Positions 57,327-64,000 of a stretch of DNA of 64,000 bases are shown here, piece by piece; position 1 is the stretch's first letter, and the number at the start of each line of letters is the position of its first letter. The notes beneath the pieces are model-generated. The model made no database searches. It was not told the DNA's origin and saw nothing but the letters and a program-made list of their open reading frames with translations. This stretch comes from the human T2T-CHM13v2.0 reference genome, Homo sapiens: assembly GCF_009914755.1 (NCBI RefSeq), contig NC_060925.1. One strand, given 5' to 3'. A program made the position numbers and the translations under genes.

Positions 57327-57359
57327 CAAGACACAGCTGATCAAGACACAGCTGATCAA
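57327..57359 (+). repeat. 15-bp tandem duplication (caagacacagctgat x2.2)
   Basis: Two exact copies, at 57327-57341 and 57342-57356. Confidence 0.9.
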
Positions 57360-57390
57360 AGAGAGCTCCTCCCTCTGCCCATGTGCTCAC

Positions 57391-57615
57391 CTGCGCTGCC
57401 CTGTCTGGGCCTCAGTCTGGTTGATCCAGTTCTTATAGAGGTGGACAGGGTCTGTGTGGACGCTGAGCACTTTGTCTTCTAGCACATCCTGGATAACCTT
57501 GCCCAGAATCTCCTGCAGGGCACTCTGTCCCCGCCCATTACGGTAGAATCTCACCACCAGCCTCACCACTGTTGGGTTGCCTGTCACCACGTCCTGGGGC
57601 TGCTCCACCTTTGAC
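57391..57615 (-). CDS. IQGAP3: IQGAP3 exon 26 (225 nt)
   Basis: SKVEQPQDVVTGNPTVVRLVVRFYRNGRGQSALQEILG...QTEAQTGQR; phase 2/2. Confidence 0.97.
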
Positions 57616-57955
57616 CTGTGGTTTAAGAGGTCATTGAAACCAGTCTTCTGCCTCTGTGTAGGACATACCGTTGCTTTTCCTTTTTGAGATTTTGGCTCTC
57701 AAAGCCTGCCCTGGTGTCCCCGCTCTTAAGGAATGTCTTGATATCTCTCTCATCCTTTGTGTTAGCATGTCAGCCCATATCCTCCCACTGTGCTGTCCCA
57801 GATGTTTTACGGTTTCTCCACAGGAGGTAGAGAAAAGAGGTCTTCTGATTCCATTTCTACCCTTAGGCCTCAACAAGTTGTCACCTTGTGAAGGAGCCAA
57901 CAGGGGGATCTCTTAACCCATTCTCTCCCCATTCCTTTGTGTCTGGAGAGCCTAC

Positions 57956-58119
57956 TTGATTTCCTCCTGGAGTGCTGTCTTGAACAGCTGGAGCAGGAGA
58001 TAGGCCTCTCGGCGGCTGGAGGCATAGTTGTACAGGCTGAAAATCACTGCCTCCATGAACTTGGTGGTTTTGTTCTGTGGCATCTGAAAGATCAGCTTGG
58101 CCAGGTAGATGGGCTGAGT
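57956..58119 (-). CDS. IQGAP3: IQGAP3 exon 25 (164 nt)
   Basis: TQPIYLAKLIFQMPQNKTTKFMEAVIFSLYNYASSRREAYLLLQLFKTALQEEI; phase 0/2. Confidence 0.97.
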
Positions 58120-58419
58120 CTGCAAGCAAGAGGGGAGACAGGAATGGCTGACCATGCACTTCAAGGACCAGTGATAGGATAAGGAAAGGCTTTCCCCTGA
58201 TGGAAATCTGGAATGGAGAAAGCACTACCACACTTTCTCCAGGTGCTAGTAACATTCCAGACAAACAGGGGAAGAGGTAGTCTCCTTTCCTGGGGATAAG
58301 GAATTAAGATTATGGGAAAGGACACCTTGCATGGTGCCAAAGGCACAGACAAGAAGGCCTTGAAGTCTCAGACCCTCAGGAGACGGGAGAGACTTCTCCT
58401 TGGAAAGTCCTCTGCTAAC

Positions 58420-58572
58420 CTGGAGCAGGTAGAAGAGGTGTTGGTATGCTTCTAGTTTCTGCCGTTTCTCTTTGCTCAGCGACTTTAAACCCTTCTGCTT
58501 GTCCAGAACCATCATATCTGACAGCTGTTCCTTATTCCTCTTGGTCAGCTTCTTGCAGTGGGAGACCACTTC
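58420..58572 (-). CDS. IQGAP3: IQGAP3 exon 24 (153 nt)
   Basis: EVVSHCKKLTKRNKEQLSDMM...KLEAYQHLFYLLQ; phase 0/0. Confidence 0.97.
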
Positions 58573-59289
58573 CTGCAGGGGTGGAGGAGCGGGTGATACA
58601 ACTAGCCTAGGCCATCCCAGGGCACAGAACATACGGTCTAGAATCAGTGCCTTGAAGAGCCAGGGCTTTCTGCTGTTCAAGGAACAGGCATAAGCTGGGG
58701 GACAGAAGCAGTTCTAGGGTGAGGAAGGGCCCCTCCAAGTGCCCTGAGACTCCATCTGTTTCCTCTCCTGTCATGGGAGTGAGTCCCCAAAGAGAACTGG
58801 TTTGCCAGGCTGAGGAATTGTGTCTATTTGGCTTTTGCTATCTCTTCTTATTAGACTGCTACACACATTTGAGGTGGAGCTATCACTATATCACTATTAC
58901 CCTGTCACTGCATATTTATATGGTAATTTATGATTTAAACAGCTTTCATATCTGTCTCTATATTTGGCCTGGAGAGGTGGACATTCTCATTATTCTCAGT
59001 TTGCTAATGAGAAAACAGACTTAGAAGTGAAATGAGCACCCACAGCCCCATCCCTGGGAATCAGCAGAGCCAGGCATTCTGATTCTAGGTTTCATGCTCT
59101 TTCTACTCTGTCATGGGTCCCCCAAAATGATTTATTAGAATGGCAGAGGGCCACTGGAACAAGGACCTGAGTCAGGTGACAAAATCCACAACATTTTGAA
59201 AAAAATTGATTAGCAAGCAGAGAATGGTCAGCATCACATCTCCAGAGGCAGGCAGATCTCGGGGAGGGGAGGACTGGTGGGCCCCATAC

Positions 59290-59498
59290 CTGCAGAGTGA
59301 TCCGGTTCTTCACCAGCAGGCCAATCTTGATGTCCATGATGTTGAGGTCCTGCTCCAGCTGCTGATTGGATCGGATCTTCCTAACTACCTCTTCCTGGAG
59401 CTTCAGCAGCTCTGCCTCAGCCAAGAAGTCTTGCTGGCTTTGATTCAAGAGATGGGCAAATCTGCGTACCACACTGAGAGGAGGGTGGGGTGCATGCA
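59290..59498 (-). CDS. IQGAP3: IQGAP3 exon 23 (209 nt)
   Basis: HAPHPPLSVVRRFAHLL...DLNIMDIKIGLLVKNRITLQ; phase 1/0. Confidence 0.97.
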
Positions 59499-60771
59499 CT
59501 GGGAGGAAGGGAGGAGGCATCAGGATTAGCCATGCCTCATCAGAGGCCTCCTCACCAGCCCCTGCCCGAGTCAGCCCACCCCAGTCCCCGTTCTGCTTGG
59601 GATCAGCAGGTCCCCAACCCCAGTCCTCTTCTAACTGGTTCTGCTTGCACTTGGAGGGCAGTGGGTAGCCTTCTAGCCAGGCCTGTCCCTGAGCTTCCTG
59701 TCTTATAACTGGAGATGACATAATAGCTGCTCTTCCCATGCCTCTGATTCACCCCAGCCTGGGTCTATCCCAGGGACCTCTGACACCAAAGCCAGAGCCA
59801 CAGCTCCCTCTGATTATCCTCCCAGACCTCCCTAGTCTACCCCAATCTACCACTCACTTCTGCTGGGCCAACCTGCTCCTCCTCCTCCTCCTACCTGCCA
59901 GCCACCACTCAGCCCTGCTTGCTCCCACAGTGCTCCTCTGTCAGGAATGTCTGTACACACCGGGAAGGACAGGTAGACGGGATGGACAGTGGGCTTTATA
60001 ATTTAGGGGAGGTCAGAGCTAGCTGGTGATTCTCCTTGAATCACCTTTGGAATTGGCATTTGAGCAAAAAAGAAAGAAGCCTCTGAGCTAATTTATTGGA
60101 AATAACAACAAAACAACTAATACATAGAATGTTTACTATGAGACAGAACCTGTTCTAAGTACTTTACGTACTTAAGACCACCTGTGAGGTCAGTACACTA
60201 TAACTATCCTCTCTTACCGATAATAACTCTGAGACTCAGAGAAGGTAAGCAACTTGCCCTATGTTACACAGTTAGTAATAAATGAAGGAGTCAGATTTGG
60301 AAGATGAATAAAACTAGTCCCTGTCCCTAAAGGCAGTCTAGTAGGGGAACTAGACAAATAAACCACAATTCACTGCAGTGTAGTTAGCACTTTGAGAGGA
60401 GCAAGCATGGGGATCTTTGGGAAAACAAAAGTGGGTTGCCCAACCCCACCTGGGGAGTGAAGAGACACTGCAAGGAGGAGGTGAGACACCCCAGATGTCG
60501 GTGAAAAGGAGGCAGAGAGGGTGAATGTGGGGAGTGCTGGAAGTCCACTGTATCTGGAACACAGTGCAGAAGGTGTAGGTGGTGAGGGGCAGGTCAGTGA
60601 AGTTAGAGGTGTAGGGAAAGGCTGGATCACAAAAAGCCCCAAAGCTGTGATTAGGAGGTTGGACTTTATCCTCAAGGCAACAGGGCATCATGATAAGTCT
60701 TAAGGAGGTGAGTGACATGATCACATGTACAGGTTTAATGGATTAATCTGGCTACAGTAGGGGAACAAATC

Positions 60772-61651
<880 letters not shown>

Positions 61652-62562
61652 CTAGGGAAAAACAAGTTCTTCCAGAAAAACCATAAACTGAAGAGAAGAA
61701 AAAGAAGATAAAGAATGGCCAGGACAATGGTGTTAGTGTAACCACAGAGACAAAATAGAATGGGCTAGGCTGGGGATAGGGAAGGAGAGAAAGAAGCTTG
61801 TTGACAGGAAGCAGATGGCCTGAGTGTGCATGGCCAGAGAAGGGACAGGCAAAGCCCCTGTGGGCAGGACAGGGGCGAAGAAGGACTGAGGAGGTGAAGG
61901 AGAGGATTCCTGAACAGGACATCTCACCAGAAGCCCAAGAGTGCAGCCTCAAGGCCAGGAAGGAAAGGGGCCTACTGCTTCAGGAACCCAGGGGCTAGAG
62001 GTGAATGTAGAAATGGACTACTTGTCAATTTCACAAAAAGGAAGGGGATGCCATTTGCTGGGCTTCTGAACTTGAAGAACAAGAGCCAGAAAGGATCTCT
62101 TTAAAGCTTTAAATGAGCACCCAACTAATGGGGAATATGGAGCAGGAAGATGGCACTCCCTTGGGTGCTTCTCACATTCTCCACACCACGGAATAGATGT
62201 ACTCTGTGTGCCTCACCAGGCCTTGTTTGTGCTGGGCCACAGAGGACTGGAGAGGAGAAGGTTGAACCCTAAGAAAAGAAGCAAGATCCTTTTCTTTCTG
62301 CTTTGGTGGTAGCAATAGGCAGATAATCTAAGCCTGTTCCAAAAAGAGCCTGGTTAGAAGAACTTTCACGTGACAAGGCTATCTGTGATTGGGATGAGCA
62401 GGGGGGCTTTTGTTACAACTCCTGTTCCATGCTCCTGCACAGACAACTTGTGACTACCTTCCCCTTACCTGCTGTGCAGTCGCAGAAGGATGTCTAGACC
62501 TGCCTGGCTCTGTGGGGTCCTCTCCCTCCCAACAGCTGGGGAGGGTGGATCAGGCAGCTCAC

Positions 62563-62632
62563 CTAATATCCTGTAGTCATCTTGGGCTTTCCTGGCTCGG
62601 AAAAATGCCTGGATCTTCACAATGGAGTTAAC
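62563..62632 (-). CDS. IQGAP3: IQGAP3 exon 22 (70 nt), IQ motif
   Basis: VNSIVKIQAFFRARKAQDDYRIL; phase 0/1. Confidence 0.95.
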
Positions 62633-62733
62633 CTGCCACAAACACAGATTGGAAAAGGGTTGCTGGCTGTCCTTGCTCTAGTCTCATGGGCAAAGGTTGG
62701 GTATGTGGGCAGGGGGAACAAGGTGACACTCAC

Positions 62734-62805
62734 ATTCTTCTGGAAGTAGTGCAGACGCCTCAGGTATTGCCTCCGAGCTGCCCACATCCGGGCCCAGGCC
62801 TGGAT
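62734..62805 (-). CDS. IQGAP3: IQGAP3 exon 21 (72 nt), IQ motif
   Basis: IQAWARMWAARRQYLRRLHYFQKN; phase 0/0. Confidence 0.96.
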
Positions 62806-62970
62806 CTGGGAGAAGAAACACACTGCCTCAGCTCCAGCTTGGGGCCCACCCTCACTCAGTCTCAGGCCAATTCAGCTAAATCTAGAGGTCACAAGAAGGT
62901 GACAAGACTACAAGATTGTTCTCAGACGGTCCTTTGAGAGAAAGGAGCCTGCCAAAACCACCGTAGCTAC

Positions 62971-63054
62971 CTTGATTATGGCATCCAGGTTTGCTTTAAA
63001 ATACTGCAACCACTCCAGGTAAATCTTCCGCTGCCTATAACCCCGCCAATGAGC
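62971..63054 (-). CDS. IQGAP3: IQGAP3 exon 20 (84 nt), IQ motif; upstream exons outside the window
   Basis: AHWRGYRQRKIYLEWLQYFKANLDAIIK; phase 0/0. Confidence 0.95.
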
Positions 63055-64000
63055 CTGCACATCAGGAGAGAAAGGGAAGTAACTCAAGCAGGTCTCCTTT
63101 GGCCAGAAAGGCTTTTAAGAAAATCTTTGTCCTGGGCCCTCCAGGGAATGGAAGGGGGCAGTTAAATAGAGGGGGAAGGGGAAAGTGGCCCTGTTCTCAA
63201 AGAACTTCCAACTTCATGGGGAAGACCAAATGGCTTCACATAGCCAACAATGCCCTCTGCCATACTCCCTGGTCCCAGAACAAACACCCACATACCCACA
63301 CCCACACACCTCTAACCAACACCTCTTCACAGAAACTCAACTATAAGATACAGTCCTAAAAGATAATAAAGCATACACCTACTCATCAACTTCACCAAAG
63401 TATGTACCATATCAGCCTAAAATATACTCATACACCCATATGCAGACCACCCACACACTATCACACACTCCACCCTCCCTCATGTGCACAGAAAGTGGGC
63501 AGAGAGCAGTCTGGAAATGCATGCAGTTGTGTGGATGAGAAGTGTGTACAGGCACAGAGCCGTGTGCTCACCATCTCTGCCCGCGGCCACCTGGGCAGCA
63601 GGTCACTAATGCTCTCATAACTCACATTCTCTTTAAAACACAATCCAGCTCCTGACCCTAGTTCTCAGCAAATCTTCCCACCAAGGTCCCCAGTAACTCA
63701 GCTGTCAGGCTGATGGCCTCTCCCCTAGCTGATCTGCTGCAAAGGGCCCAACCGACGTCTGCACAAATCATGCCTCCTTTGGTCTCTAAAATCTCAAGGC
63801 CCTCTTCCAATCCAGTCTCCTTCCTAGGAGACTTTTCCCTTTCCCTCCAAGCTTGTGTGGGATTAATTTTCCTAAAGTACCTCTTAGACTATAGACTATC
63901 CCAGCCTGTTTCCAGAAGTTCTCAACCATCTGACCCAACACTCCCTATTTGACTTGCCACTGGTCCCCACCTTCTTAAGGATCCTAGATGCATCAGACTT

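Noticed and set aside
63567-63625. Possible extra IQGAP3 exon ending ATG|GTGAGC
   Set aside because: No pyrimidine-rich acceptor, and the peptide does not resemble the expected upstream IQ-motif exon.

Overview
This is mammalian, Alu-rich genomic DNA, recognisably the human MEF2D-IQGAP3 interval (1q22), with both genes on the minus strand. Bases 1-~19.4 kb hold the 5' end of MEF2D: a CpG-island promoter, non-coding exon 1, a 17 kb intron 1, and exons 2-3 encoding the MADS/MEF2 domain. Bases ~20-44 kb are intergenic: motif-rich up to ~29 kb, then dense Alu/L1/MLT/MIR. Bases ~44-63 kb hold the last 19 coding exons of IQGAP3. These total 2592 nt (863 aa plus stop), all splice phases are consistent, one intron is GC-AG, and the 3'UTR with its AATAAA is present. 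Two L1-mobilised small-RNA retrocopies with target-site duplications are present (Y1 RNA and U13 snoRNA). Almost all long ORFs in the six-frame track are GC- or Alu-derived noise. I see no evidence of a wholly new multi-gene system. The best leads are: (i) a candidate alternative MEF2D first exon whose donor abuts tandem MEF2 sites; (ii) two MEF2D uORFs whose AUGs can pair in one hairpin; (iii) a 112-bp, 97%-identical duplication with an internal inverted repeat in MEF2D intron 1; (iv) a phase-consistent three-exon 164-codon ORF between the genes that uses an exonised MER2-type transposon; (v) several homotypic motif clusters (RFX, octamer). All coordinates were counted by hand. Exon numbering, repeat subfamily names and repeat edges are from recall or approximate.
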